The translations under genes and the position numbers were made by a program. Below, in pieces: positions 1 to 13,038 of a stretch of DNA of 64,000 bases; within the stretch, counting starts at the first letter, position 1, and the number at the start of each line of letters is the position of its first letter. Origin of the DNA: Candidatus Fervidifonticultor quartus (GTDB lineage Bacteria; Sysuimicrobiota; Sysuimicrobiia; Sysuimicrobiales; Humicultoraceae); contig JAVKJV010000002.1 of NCBI GenBank assembly GCA_031458775.1, positions 42,233 through 106,232 on the forward strand, written 5' to 3'. The notes beneath the pieces were generated by a model that had not been told where the DNA came from, searched no databases, and saw only the letters and a program-made list of their open reading frames with translations.

Positions 1-258
1 TTCGAGGTCGGTCCGAAGGCTGCGCCGAAGGGTGTCGTCCGGGATCCCGCGGTGCACGAGGTCGTGCTCCGCCGTGTGGTCGCGGACGCCGGCGCGTCGG
101 GCTGCCGGCCGGAACGGGTAACCGTGTCGCCGCTGCGTGGCCCGGACGGGAACAGGGAGTTCTTCGTGCTGCTCCGGAACGAAGCGGGGGCGCCGGCCGA
201 CACACTGGGTGACGAGATCCACCGCGTCGTGTGGGCGGCCGGGAGCGCATCGCTGTGA
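1..258 (+). CDS. tlyA: TlyA-family rRNA 2'-O-methyltransferase, C-terminal fragment (5' end outside window)
   Basis: Frame 1 is open from base 1 to TGA 256-258. Translation FEVGPKAAPKGVVRDPAVHEVVL...SPLRGPDGNREFFVLL matches the conserved C-terminal part of TlyA/YqxC. Conserved tlyA-nadK-recN order. Confidence 0.8.
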   Translation, partial: FEVGPKAAPKGVVRDPAVHEVVLRRVVADAGASGCRPERVTVSPLRGPDGNREFFVLLRNEAGAPADTLGDEIHRVVWAAGSASL

Positions 259-1120
259 CGCGCGTCGCAATCCTGGTGAACCCGGTGCGATTCGGGACCG
301 ATCCTGAGTCGGTTGATCACCTCCGCGACGCGCTGCAAGTGCTCTTTGAGCGCGGCCTCGACGTTCGCATGAACGTGGCGGGCGCGCGCATCGCGGGCCG
401 GCCCGATCTCGAGGCCCCGGATGCCGAACTCGCCGAGGGTGCGGATATGCTTGTGGTGCTGGGCGGCGACGGCACCATCCTGTCGGCGGCGCGCTTGGCT
501 GCCGGGCGGGTGCCGATCCTGGGCGTCAACCTTGGGGGTCTGGGCTTTCTGGCCGAGATCCCCTTGCGCGAGTTGCCGGGTGCGCTGGCCGAGGTGGTGC
601 GCGGCGAGTTGGTGATCGACGAACGCGCGATGCTTGAGGCCGAGATCATTGGGCCGTCAGGCGCGCGCACGCGGGCCGTCGCGCTCAACGACATGGTCAT
701 CGCCAAGACCGGCGTGGCTCGCGTGATCCATCTCACGACGTCGGTGAACGGTGAGCATCTGGCGACGTACCCGGCGGACGGCGTGATCATCGCCACGCCG
801 ACCGGTTCCACGGCCTACTCACTGTCAGCCGGCGGGCCGATCGTCCATCCGCAAGTGGACGTCATCGTCGTGACGCCGATCTGTCCGCACACGTTCACCG
901 CGCGGCCCGTGGTGGTATCGGGCGGCGCGACCGTGACGGTGGAAGTCCAAATGCGGGCGGACGAAGTGTGTCTCAGCGTGGACGGCCAGGCGAGCCACGA
1001 CCTCTTCGCCGGCGAGCGGGTTGTGGTCCGGCGTGCGTCTGAGCGCACGCGACTCGTCCGTCTGCAGGCCAACAGCTTCTATGGGATCTTGCGGACAAAG
1101 CTCGGGTGGGGATCGCGCTG

Positions 1121-1121
<1 letters not shown>
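255..1121 (+). CDS. nadK: NAD kinase
   Basis: Motifs VVLGGDGTILSAARL and DGVIIATPTGSTAYSLSAGGPIV. GTG 255 overlaps the tlyA stop (GTGA). An in-frame GTG at 231 is an alternative start. Confidence 0.9.
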
Positions 1122-4503
<3,382 letters not shown>

Positions 4504-4514
4504 GCGCGCGCGCC

Positions 4515-5042
4515 ATGAGTCTCGAACCGACGGTCGCATCGAGGGCGATCTACCGCGGTCGCGTGGCGACGCTCCGCGTGGATGACGTGCGTATGCCGAG
4601 CGGCCGCATCGAGCGCCGCGAGATCGTCGAGCACCCGGGCGCCGCGGCCGTCGTGCCGGTGACCGACGACCACGAGGTTGTGATGGTCCGGCAGTATCGC
4701 AAGGCGGTGGAGAGCGCACTCCTTGAGATTCCGGCCGGGACGCTCAACGCCGGCGAGACCGCGCTTGCCTGCGCGCACCGCGAACTGGCGGAAGAAACCG
4801 GGTTGGCCTGCGATGTCATGATGCCGCTGATCACCTTCGTGCCGTCGCCGGGGCTGCTGACCGAGGAGATCACGCTCTTCTTGGCCCGGGGCTTGCGGCC
4901 GGTACCCCGGATGGTACAGGCTGAGGAAGAGGGGCTGCAGGTCGTGCGCGTGCCGGTCGACCAGATTGCGCAGCTGATCAGCCGGGGGGACGTGCGGGAT
5001 TCGAAGACCATCATCGGGTTGATGCTCCTCTCGTGGCGGTGA
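4515..5042 (+). CDS. nudF: NUDIX hydrolase, ADP-ribose pyrophosphatase-like
   Basis: Nudix box GTLNAGETALACAHRELAEETG. N-terminal beta region YRGRVATLRVDDVRMPSG is typical of ADPRase. Start set at ATG 4515 (MSLEPTV...). Confidence 0.8.
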   Translation: MSLEPTVASRAIYRGRVATLRVDDVRMPSGRIERREIVEHPGAAAVVPVTDDHEVVMVRQYRKAVESALLEIPAGTLNAGETALACAHRELAEETGLACDVMMPLITFVPSPGLLTEEITLFLARGLRPVPRMVQAEEEGLQVVRVPVDQIAQLISRGDVRDSKTIIGLMLLSWR

Positions 5043-5060
5043 GCCGGTGATGCGGCGATC

Positions 5061-6059
5061 GTGACGTCGCCTGACCGCGGCCGGACGCGGGCCGAGTCCC
5101 GGGCGCTCAGCGCGGCCCTTGACGAGTTCCTCACCTACCTGACCGCCGAGCGCGGGCTTGCGCCCCGCACGGTCACCGCCTACCGTCACGACCTCGAGGA
5201 GTTCATCACCTTCGCGGCTCGCCGGGGCGCGCGCGGACCCGCCGACCTGCACCGGTCCGCGATCACCCTCTACCTGCTCGGCCTGCGGCGCCGGGGTTTG
5301 GCCGACACATCGGTCGCGCGGCGCCTGGCCGCGGTACGCGGATGGACCGGGTTCCTACTACGTACGGGTGCCATTGTCGACGATCCGGCACTGGACGTGA
5401 CGGCCGCGCATCGGCCGCGCCGTTTGCCCGACGTGCTCACGGTGGAAGAAGTGGAACGGCTGCTTGCGCAGCCGCGCGGCGACCGACCCCAGGTGCTGCG
5501 CGATCGGGCGATTCTCGAGCTGCTCTATGCCGCCGGCTTGCGCGTCAGTGAGCTGGTGGCCCTTGACGTGGGCGACGTGCACCTGGCGGTCGAGTACGTG
5601 CGGTGCGTCGGCAAGGGCTCCAAGGAGCGGATCGTGCCGATCGGGTCGGCTGCGGTGCGCGCGCTCCAGCGCTATCTCGCGCTCGCGCGGCCGGTGCTTG
5701 CAGGCGGGCGGCCGCAGCCGGCGCTGTTCCTCAACCGTCGGGGCGGCCGGCTGACCCGTCAGAGCGTCTGGACGCTGCTCCGGCAGTGCGCGCGGTCCGC
5801 GGGCCTGCGCAAGCCGATCCACCCGCACACGCTGCGGCACTCATTTGCCACGCACCTGCTGGACGGCGGCGCCGATCTGCGGGCGGTCCAGGAGATGCTG
5901 GGCCACGCGAGTATCGCCACGACGCAGGTCTACACGCATCTCACGCGGGCCCGGCTGCGCGAGGTGTATCGGCGAGCGCACCCGCGCGACCGCATGACCA
6001 TCCCCATCGGTCGAGGCGCGGATCGCTCTCGACCCGCGCCGTCGGCGCACCATGGCTAA
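5061..6059 (+). CDS. xerD: Site-specific tyrosine recombinase XerD (chromosome dimer resolution)
   Basis: Core-binding N-terminus [26 protein letters not shown]. Catalytic region [12 protein letters not shown]...[14 protein letters not shown]...[13 protein letters not shown] (R-H-R-Y). Bacillus-like xerD-deoB-punA context. About 28-aa C-terminal tail overlaps the deoB start. Confidence 0.88.
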   Translation: MTSPDRGRTRAESRALSAALDEFLTYLTAERGLAPRTVTAYRHDLEEFITFAARRGARGPADLHRSAITLYLLGLRRRGLADTSVARRLAAVRGWTGFLLRTGAIVDDPALDVTAAHRPRRLPDVLTVEEVERLLAQPRGDRPQVLRDRAILELLYAAGLRVSELVALDVGDVHLAVEYVRCVGKGSKERIVPIGSAAVRALQRYLALARPVLAGGRPQPALFLNRRGGRLTRQSVWTLLRQCARSAGLRKPIHPHTLRHSFATHLLDGGADLRAVQEMLGHASIATTQVYTHLTRARLREVYRRAHPRDRMTIPIGRGADRSRPAPSAHHG

Positions 6060-7227
6060 GGCCAGTTGCGTCATCGTGCTGGTCCTCGACAGCCTTGGCG
6101 TCGGCGGCGCACCGGACGCCGCGGCCTATGGTGACGAGGGCAGCGACACGCTGGGGAATTGCGCGGTCGCATCTGGCGGCGTGCATCTGCCGGTGCTGGA
6201 GCGGTTGGGCCTGGGCGCGATCACCGAGGTGGCCGGGGTGCGACGGCGCGACGACCATGAGGCCGCGGTCGGCGTGATGCGTGAGCAGTCCGCAGGCAAG
6301 GACTCGACCACCGGGCACTGGGAGCTGGCCGGGCTGGTGGTCTCCAGGCCCTTTCCCACGTACCCCAGCGGATTCCCGGCCGAGGTGATTGACGCGTTCT
6401 CCAAGGCGATCGGCCGACCGGTGCTCGGCAACGTCGCCGCGTCGGGCACCGAGATCATCAAGGCGTTGGGTGAGGAGCACGTGCGGACCGGTGCGCCCAT
6501 TGTGTACACCTCGGCCGACAGCGTGTTTCAGATCGCCGCGCACGAGGAGATCGTGCCGCCGGACCAGCTCTACGCGTGGTGCCGTGAGGCGCGGACGATT
6601 CTCCAGGGCGAGCACGCGGTCAGCCGCGTGATCGCCCGGCCGTTCGTGGGGCTGCCGGGCGAGTTCCGGCGCACGGATCGCCGTCGGGACTTCTCACTGC
6701 CGCCGACCGGACCGACGGTGCTCGATGCGCTCGCCGCGGCGGGCCTGGCCGTGGTCGGGGTGGGCAAGATCGATGACCTGTTCGCCGGGCGCGGACTCAC
6801 CGAGGCGATCCACACACACGACGACATGGACGGCCTCACGCAGACCGTGGCCGCGATGCGACGGGTGGGGCACGGGCTGGTGTTTACGAACCTCGTCGAG
6901 CTCGACACGGCCTACGGGCACCGCAACGACGCGATCGGTTATGCTCGGCACCTCGAGGCCATTGACGCGCGCCTGGTGGAAGTCCTCGACGCGTGCGGAC
7001 CGGACGATGTGCTCATCATCACCGCCGATCACGGCAACGATCCGACGACGCCGAGTACCGACCACTCGCGTGAGCAGGTGCCGGTGCTGGCCTGGCGGCC
7101 CGGGCTGCCGCGCGGTCGCCATCTCGGTCTGCGGCGGTCGTTCGCCGACGTCGGCGCGACCGTCGCCGCGGCGCTCGGCGTGCCGTGGGCCGGGGCGGGC
7201 ACGGCGTTTTGGACGGCCCTGGAGTAG
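6052..7227 (+). CDS. deoB: Phosphopentomutase
   Basis: [16 protein letters not shown]-terminus and [11 protein letters not shown] metal-binding motif, 391 aa. Confidence 0.92.
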   Translation: MAKASCVIVLVLDSLGVGGAPDAAAYGDEGSDTLGNCAVASGGVHLPVLERLGLGAITEVAGVRRRDDHEAAVGVMREQSAGKDSTTGHWELAGLVVSRPFPTYPSGFPAEVIDAFSKAIGRPVLGNVAASGTEIIKALGEEHVRTGAPIVYTSADSVFQIAAHEEIVPPDQLYAWCREARTILQGEHAVSRVIARPFVGLPGEFRRTDRRRDFSLPPTGPTVLDALAAAGLAVVGVGKIDDLFAGRGLTEAIHTHDDMDGLTQTVAAMRRVGHGLVFTNLVELDTAYGHRNDAIGYARHLEAIDARLVEVLDACGPDDVLIITADHGNDPTTPSTDHSREQVPVLAWRPGLPRGRHLGLRRSFADVGATVAAALGVPWAGAGTAFWTALE

Positions 7228-7291
7228 GCGCCGACGGCTTTCTGCCGAAACCCATCAGCACGATGGCTGGTGCGCGAGAGAGGGGAGATCG

Positions 7292-8116
7292 ATGAGCTGG
7301 GCATTGCGCGCTCGTGAGGCCGCCACCGCGATCCGCCAGCGGACCCGCCGCGTGCCTGATGCGGCGGTGATTCTCGGATCAGGGCTGGGGGCGCTGGCAG
7401 ACCAGGTGACCGTGGACGCCGCATTGACGTTTCAAGAGATTCCGCACTTCCCGCGGACCAGCGTGGAGGGGCACCACGGCCGGCTCCTGATCGGCACGCT
7501 CGAGGACCGGGCTGTGGCCGTGATGCAGGGTCGGGCCCACTTCTACGAGGGATACGCGATGGCGGAGGTGGCGTTTCCCGTTCGTGTGCTGCATGCGCTG
7601 GGCGCGCCGATCTTGATTGTCACCAACTCGTCCGGCGGACTGAACCGGCACTTCAAGGCGGGCGACCTCATGGTCATCGCCGACCACATCAACTTCATGG
7701 GCACGAATCCGCTCGTCGGGCCTAACGAAGACGAATTGGGGCCCCGGTTCCCGGACATGTCCGAGCCCTACGACCCCGCGCTCATCGAGCTGGCCGAGGC
7801 CGCGGCGCTGGAGGTCGGCATTCCGCTGCGCAAGGGCGTCTACGTCGGCGTCTGCGGCCCGTCGTACGAGACCCCAGCAGAACTGCGCATGATGGCGCGC
7901 TGGGGCGCGGACGCGGTGGGGATGTCCACCGTGCACGAGGTGATCACCGCGCGGCACGCCGGCATGCGCGTGCTGGGCCTGTCGGCGATCACGGACATGG
8001 CGACCGGTGAGGGCCACGGCAAGGTCACCCACGAGGACGTGCTGGCAGCCGCCAAGCGGATTGAGCCGCAGTTCGTGCGACTCGTGCGCCGCATCGTGCG
8101 AGGGCTGCCGCGATGA
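7292..8116 (+). CDS. punA: Purine nucleoside phosphorylase (trimeric PNP-I type)
   Basis: ILGSGLGALAD, HFPRTSVEGHHGRLLIG, GMSTVHEVITARHAGMRVLGLSAITD. ATG 7292 follows GAGAGGGGAG RBS-like purines. The 5' part of track ORF 6725-8116 overlaps deoB out of frame. Confidence 0.92.
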   Translation: MSWALRAREAATAIRQRTRRVPDAAVILGSGLGALADQVTVDAALTFQEIPHFPRTSVEGHHGRLLIGTLEDRAVAVMQGRAHFYEGYAMAEVAFPVRVLHALGAPILIVTNSSGGLNRHFKAGDLMVIADHINFMGTNPLVGPNEDELGPRFPDMSEPYDPALIELAEAAALEVGIPLRKGVYVGVCGPSYETPAELRMMARWGADAVGMSTVHEVITARHAGMRVLGLSAITDMATGEGHGKVTHEDVLAAAKRIEPQFVRLVRRIVRGLPR

Positions 8117-8156
8117 ACCGCCAGCCCCTCACGGCGACGCGAGCCAGACGGGATTC

Positions 8157-9503
8157 GTGATCCGGCCAGCCGAGCTCATCCAGAAGAAGCGTGACGGCGG
8201 GGCGCTGTCGGGCGAGGAGATTGGCACGCTCGTCCGCGGGTTTGTTGCCGGCGACATTCCCGACTATCAGATGGCCGCGTTCCTGATGGCGGTCTTCTTC
8301 CGCGGGCTCAGCGCCGATGAGACCTCGGCGTTGACGCAGGCGATGGTGCGGTCGGGCGAGGTGCTCGACCTCGGGCCGCTGGCGGGCCGAGCCGTGGACA
8401 AGCACAGCAGCGGCGGCGTGGGCGACAAGACCTCCCTCGTGCTCGTCCCCCTGGTGGCGTCGGCCGGCGTGCCGGTGCCGAAGCTCTCGGGCCGCGGGCT
8501 TGGACACACCGGCGGCACGCTCGACAAACTGGAGTCGATTCCAGGATTCCGCACCAATCTGACGACGGCCGAATTCATCGAGCAGGTTGGCCGCGTCGGA
8601 TGCGCGATTGCCGGGCAGAGCGCGTCCATCGTGCCCGCGGATGCGAAGCTCTACGCCCTGCGCGATGTGACCGCCACGGTTGAGAGCATTCCGCTGATCG
8701 CGGCCAGCATCATGTCGAAGAAGCTCGCAGCCGGCGCCGGGGCCATCTTGCTCGACGTCAAGTGCGGCCGGGGCGCGTTCATGAAGACCGAGGACGCCGC
8801 CCGTGAGTTGGCGCAGACGATGGTGGAGATCGGCCGGACGGCCGGCCGCCGTGTGGCGGCCGCGATCACCGGCATGGACGTACCCCTGGGCCGGGCCGTG
8901 GGCAATGCGCTCGAGGTGGCCGAGGCCATCGCCACGCTGCGGGGCGAGGGTCCGCCCGACCTCCACGCGCTGTGCCTGGACCTGGGTGGCTGGATGCTCG
9001 TGCTCGGTGGGCGTGCCGCAACGCCTGGCGAGGGACGGGTCGAGGTCGAGCGCCGGCTCCGTTCGGGCGATGGGCTGGCGCGGCTGGCAGCGATGATCGA
9101 AGCGCAGGATGGCGATGCGGGCGTGATCGAACATCCGGAGCGTCTTCCGCGGGCATCGGTGCAGGTGGTCGTGCCGTCGCCCGGCGCCGGCGTGATTGCC
9201 GCGATCGACGCCGCCGGCATCGGGCTGGCCGCGATGCGCCTGGGCGCCGGCCGGATCAGGAAGGGCGACCCGGTGGACTCGGCGGCGGGCGTGGTGCTGA
9301 TCCGCGTAGTGGGTGAGGCGGTGCGCGCCGGGGATCCGATTGCCGTGGTGCACGCGCCGGATCCCACCAGAGCGGACGCGGCGGTCCGCGAGGTGGCGGC
9401 CGCGTATGCGATCGGCGAGCACGCGCCGCCACAGCGACCGCTGATCCGGACCGTCGTGCAGGAGGCGGATCACGGCCGTGCGGCCGGCGGCGGGTCGGGG
9501 TGA
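8157..9503 (+). CDS. pdp: Pyrimidine-nucleoside (thymidine) phosphorylase
   Basis: DKHSSGGVGDKTSLVL and SGRGLGHTGGTLDKLESIPG motifs. Start placed at in-frame GTG 8157 (VIRPAELIQKKRDG...). Start uncertain. Confidence 0.9.
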   Translation: MIRPAELIQKKRDGGALSGEEIGTLVRGFVAGDIPDYQMAAFLMAVFFRGLSADETSALTQAMVRSGEVLDLGPLAGRAVDKHSSGGVGDKTSLVLVPLVASAGVPVPKLSGRGLGHTGGTLDKLESIPGFRTNLTTAEFIEQVGRVGCAIAGQSASIVPADAKLYALRDVTATVESIPLIAASIMSKKLAAGAGAILLDVKCGRGAFMKTEDAARELAQTMVEIGRTAGRRVAAAITGMDVPLGRAVGNALEVAEAIATLRGEGPPDLHALCLDLGGWMLVLGGRAATPGEGRVEVERRLRSGDGLARLAAMIEAQDGDAGVIEHPERLPRASVQVVVPSPGAGVIAAIDAAGIGLAAMRLGAGRIRKGDPVDSAAGVVLIRVVGEAVRAGDPIAVVHAPDPTRADAAVREVAAAYAIGEHAPPQRPLIRTVVQEADHGRAAGGGSG

Positions 9504-9532
9504 TGCGGCGGGATGATCAGGAGGCGACAACG

Positions 9533-10381
9533 ATGATTCGTCGTGTGGGAGTCGTGGGGTGCGGGCTGATGGGCTCGGGTATCGTCGAGGTCGCCGCGCG
9601 GTGCGGCTACGAGGTCGTCGTGCGCGAGGTGACGCCGGTGTTGCTGGAGCGCGGACTCGACCGCATCGACGCGTCGATGCAGCGGGCGGTCGACCGCGGG
9701 AAGTTGGAGGCCGCAGCCCGAGAGGCCGCGCGGAGCCGCATTCGAGGGACGACCTCGCTGACCGATGTGGGCAACTGCGATCTCGTCATCGAGGCCGTCG
9801 TGGAGAAGATGGACGAGAAGAAGGCGGTGCTGCGCGAGCTCGACGGGCTGCTGAGGCCGGAGGTGATCATGGCCAGCAACACGTCGTCGCTCTCGATCAC
9901 GGAGATGGCCGCGGTCACGGCGCGGCCGGAGCGAGTGGTGGGACTACACTTCTTCAATCCCGTGCCGGTCATGGCCCTGGTCGAGATCGTGCGTGGCCTG
10001 CAGACGTCGGAGGCGACCGTGCAGACGGTACGCGCGTTCGCGCAGTCGCTCGGCAAGACCGTCGTCATGGCCAAAGACGCGCCCGGGTTCATTGTGAACC
10101 GGCTGCTCATCCCGTATCTCCTCGATGCGATCCGCGTGCTGGAACTCGGCGTGGCGTCGCGCGAGGACATCGATACCGCCATCACGTTGGGACTCGGACA
10201 TCCGATGGGGCCGCTGACGCTGATGGACTTTGTGGGACTCGACACCACGTACTACATTGCGGAGGCGATGTTTCAGGAGTTCAAGGACGATCGCTACGCG
10301 CCGCCGCCGTTGCTGAAACAGATGGTGCTGGCGGGCTGGCACGGCCGGAAGAGCGGCCGGGGGTTCTACGAGTACGGATAG
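9533..10381 (+). CDS. hbd: 3-hydroxybutyryl-CoA (3-hydroxyacyl-CoA) dehydrogenase
   Basis: Rossmann VGVVGCGLMGSGIVEV, VGLHFFNPVPVM, PGFIVNRLL. AGGAGG RBS 9518-9523 before ATG 9533. Confidence 0.9.
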   Translation: MIRRVGVVGCGLMGSGIVEVAARCGYEVVVREVTPVLLERGLDRIDASMQRAVDRGKLEAAAREAARSRIRGTTSLTDVGNCDLVIEAVVEKMDEKKAVLRELDGLLRPEVIMASNTSSLSITEMAAVTARPERVVGLHFFNPVPVMALVEIVRGLQTSEATVQTVRAFAQSLGKTVVMAKDAPGFIVNRLLIPYLLDAIRVLELGVASREDIDTAITLGLGHPMGPLTLMDFVGLDTTYYIAEAMFQEFKDDRYAPPPLLKQMVLAGWHGRKSGRGFYEYG

Positions 10382-10394
10382 TCGGGGGTGCATC

Positions 10395-12125
10395 ATGTGG
10401 GCTGTCGTTCGCCGGGTCACCCTGCTGGCGTTGGGCGGGGCGTGGATTGCGGCCCCGTTGGCCGCGGCGCCGATCCCGGGAGTTCCCAACCCGAAGGTGG
10501 CCGTCGAGGCGCCGGAGATCGGCCGATACGGCGGCACGCTGGTGGTCGCGCAGGTGAGCGAGCCCCGTACCTTTAACCCCGTCATCTACACCGACACGTC
10601 CACGGGCGCGGTGCTCGCGCCCATCTTCGACGCGCTCGTCGAGGTGAACTACCTGACCGGCGAGATGGAGCCGTCGCTCGCGGCGTCGTGGACGCTCAGC
10701 CCTGACCGGCGGACGTGGACCTTCGTGCTCCGCGAGGGCGTGCAGTGGTCGGACGGCCGGCCACTCAACATGGACGACGTGGTGTTCAGCCTGGAGACCG
10801 TGTTCACGCCCGGCGTGCAGAGCACGACGCGCGACCTGCTGATGTTTGACGGCAAGCCGCTCCGGTGGCGCCGGCTGGATGCGCGCCGGATCGCGTTCAG
10901 CACCGAGCAGCCCGCGGGCTTCTTCCTGCGTCAGATCAGCGGCCTCACCGTCATTCCACAGCACAAGCTGTCGGCCGCGCTGGCCAGGGGCGGGCAGGCG
11001 TTCAACACGACCTGGGGCGTCAACACCCCGCCCAACGAGATCGTCGGCACCGGGCCGTTCGTGATGCAGATGTACGCGTTCGGCCAGCGCGTGACGTACG
11101 CCCGCAACCCACGCTACTGGCACGCCGACCGTGCGGGCCAACGGCTGCCGTACCTCGACCGCTACGTGCTGCTGTTCGTGCCGAACCTCGATGCCGAGAA
11201 GCTCAAATTCCTGGCCAAAGAGACCGACCTCTATGGCGCGCGGCCGCGCGAGTACGCCGAGTTCAAGGCCGGTGAAGCCGCCGGCAACTACACGGTCTAC
11301 GACGGTCCGGAGACCTTTGCGTCGCAGTACCTGGTCTTCAACCAGAACCCGCGCGGGCTCGCGCCGCCGAAGCTCACCTGGTTTCAGGACGTGCGGTTTC
11401 GCCGCGCGCTGAATCACGCGATCGACCGGCAGGCCATCGTCCGGCAGGTCTACGCCGACCGAGCCACGCCGTCGTGGAGCCCGGTCAGCATCGCCGATGC
11501 ACGCTACCACAACCCCAACGTCCGGAAGTACCCTTACGATCTCAAACGCGCACAAGATCAACTGGCCGAGGCCGGCTTCACGAAGGACGCCGCCGGCCGG
11601 CTGCGCGACGGCCAGGGCCATGCCGTGGAGTTCGAGCTCTCGACCGTGGCGCAGAACGCCGATGCGGTGGCGATCGGCAATATCGTCCGGCAGGATTTCG
11701 AGCGGCTCGGTATCAAGGTCACGTTCACGCCCGAGCCGTTCGCCACCCTGGTGACCAAGCTCGACAATACGTTCAAGTGGGACGCCATCATCATCGGCCT
11801 GACGGGTGACAACGAACCCGGGACCGGCCGCACCTATTGGATGAGCTCGGGTGCGCTGCACGATTGGAATCCGCGACAGCCGAAGCCGACGACCGCGTGG
11901 GAGGCCGAGATCGACCGCATCTTCGAGCAGGTCGCGCGGGAGACCGACGTGGCCAAGCGGCGTGCGCTCTACTGGCGCTGGCAGGAGATCGTCGCCGATC
12001 AGGTGCCGGTCATGTACTTCACGAACCCCAAGACCCAGCCGGTCGTGCGCAACACGCTGGGCAACACGCGTCTCGGGTTGCAGGGTCAGACGAGCCGGCT
12101 GGACTGGCGGTACTATCGGCGCTAG
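10395..12125 (+). CDS. ABC transporter substrate-binding protein, family 5 (peptide/nickel/opine type), secreted
   Basis: N-terminal signal-like MWAVVRRVTLLALGGAWIAAPLAAAP. 576 aa, with conserved family-5 blocks (WSDGRPLNMDDVVFS, RNPRYW, YLVFNQ, FRRALNHAIDRQAIV). No permease or ATPase genes adjacent. Confidence 0.8.
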   Translation: MWAVVRRVTLLALGGAWIAAPLAAAPIPGVPNPKVAVEAPEIGRYGGTLVVAQVSEPRTFNPVIYTDTSTGAVLAPIFDALVEVNYLTGEMEPSLAASWTLSPDRRTWTFVLREGVQWSDGRPLNMDDVVFSLETVFTPGVQSTTRDLLMFDGKPLRWRRLDARRIAFSTEQPAGFFLRQISGLTVIPQHKLSAALARGGQAFNTTWGVNTPPNEIVGTGPFVMQMYAFGQRVTYARNPRYWHADRAGQRLPYLDRYVLLFVPNLDAEKLKFLAKETDLYGARPREYAEFKAGEAAGNYTVYDGPETFASQYLVFNQNPRGLAPPKLTWFQDVRFRRALNHAIDRQAIVRQVYADRATPSWSPVSIADARYHNPNVRKYPYDLKRAQDQLAEAGFTKDAAGRLRDGQGHAVEFELSTVAQNADAVAIGNIVRQDFERLGIKVTFTPEPFATLVTKLDNTFKWDAIIIGLTGDNEPGTGRTYWMSSGALHDWNPRQPKPTTAWEAEIDRIFEQVARETDVAKRRALYWRWQEIVADQVPVMYFTNPKTQPVVRNTLGNTRLGLQGQTSRLDWRYYRR

Positions 12126-12958
12126 ACCGGCGGCGGGACGGCGACCGGGCCGGTCGGCGCCGGTTTGAAGACCGCCGGTGAGAGCGGCCGTGCCGCGCTA
12201 GCGAACCGCGCCGAGGCCTCCGCGGCCAGCGAGGCGCATTCGCCCGACGGCGCCACGAGCAGGACCGACTCCTCGGGGATTGCCACGAGCGGATCGTCCA
12301 CGCCGGCGGGCACGAGCATCTCGGCCACCAGCAGCCGCGTGGCGTCGAGCCCATCGAGGTGCTCGTACCGCCGCCGCGGGCCGCCGATGTCTTCCAACAG
12401 GTGCCGCGTCTGCGCACGGAGATTCTCGAGGGCCAGCGCGTGCAGCGTGTCGGCGGTCTGGCGCCAGGCGCCCAGCGTGTGCTGTGTGACCGCCGTGTAC
12501 TGATGCACGCCGCCGATGACGTACGTCACGGCCACGCCGCCATCCAGCGGCCGGGAGACCAGGCGCTGGGCCGGGGGGTAGTGCTCGAACACGGCCACGT
12601 AGTCCGCGGGTTTCAGTTGAGGCAACACGCGGTCCTGCACCAGGGCAAACGGCGGCGCCTCGGGTACCGGGACCCGGGCGCGCATGCCGGAGACGATCTC
12701 GTCGAACCACCCAGGCTCGGCACGGTCGCGCGGCCGCTGCCGCAGTAGCGTGGCCAGGTCGAGGTCGATCTCCGTGCCGAGCGCTCGCGCCCGGAACCCG
12801 GTGTCGGTGAGCGCGGTCACCGTGATCTCCGGCGCGGCGCGCGAAAGGTGGGCGAGGAGCCGCGACCGCACGCCGGCGAAGCGCCGGTATGACGAGGCCA
12901 CGGCACCGGCCGCAAGGGCGACCACGACCACGGCGATCACGATGACGGTCTCGAGCAT
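12122..12958 (-). CDS. Membrane-anchored hypothetical protein, DUF1444/YtpQ-like (tentative)
   Basis: N-terminal TM helix MLETVIVIAVVVVALAAGAV. C-terminal PLVAIPEESVLLVAPSG resembles the YtpQ-family ...ISVPHQDVLILAD block. Its stop overlaps the stop of the convergent binding-protein gene (CTAG). Confidence 0.5.
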   Translation of the reverse strand: MLETVIVIAVVVVALAAGAVASSYRRFAGVRSRLLAHLSRAAPEITVTALTDTGFRARALGTEIDLDLATLLRQRPRDRAEPGWFDEIVSGMRARVPVPEAPPFALVQDRVLPQLKPADYVAVFEHYPPAQRLVSRPLDGGVAVTYVIGGVHQYTAVTQHTLGAWRQTADTLHALALENLRAQTRHLLEDIGGPRRRYEHLDGLDATRLLVAEMLVPAGVDDPLVAIPEESVLLVAPSGECASLAAEASARFASAARPLSPAVFKPAPTGPVAVPPPV

Positions 12959-13038
12959 GCCCGGTGTCCACTATAGCGCAAGTGGAGGGGCTTCCTCCCG
13001 CAGCGCAGAAGTACCACGCCGAACTCCACGAGGGCTGC

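Noticed and set aside
5061-6059. Tyrosine recombinase as a marker of a prophage or integrative element
   Set aside because: It has XerD-type core-binding and catalytic motifs and sits in the conserved xerD-deoB-punA housekeeping context. There are no phage genes, no tRNA and no flanking repeats.
10281-11861. 526-aa minus-strand ORF opposite the substrate-binding protein gene
   Set aside because: Antisense shadow ORF with Arg/Gly/Pro-rich composition. The sense ORF has a signal peptide and family-5 SBP blocks.
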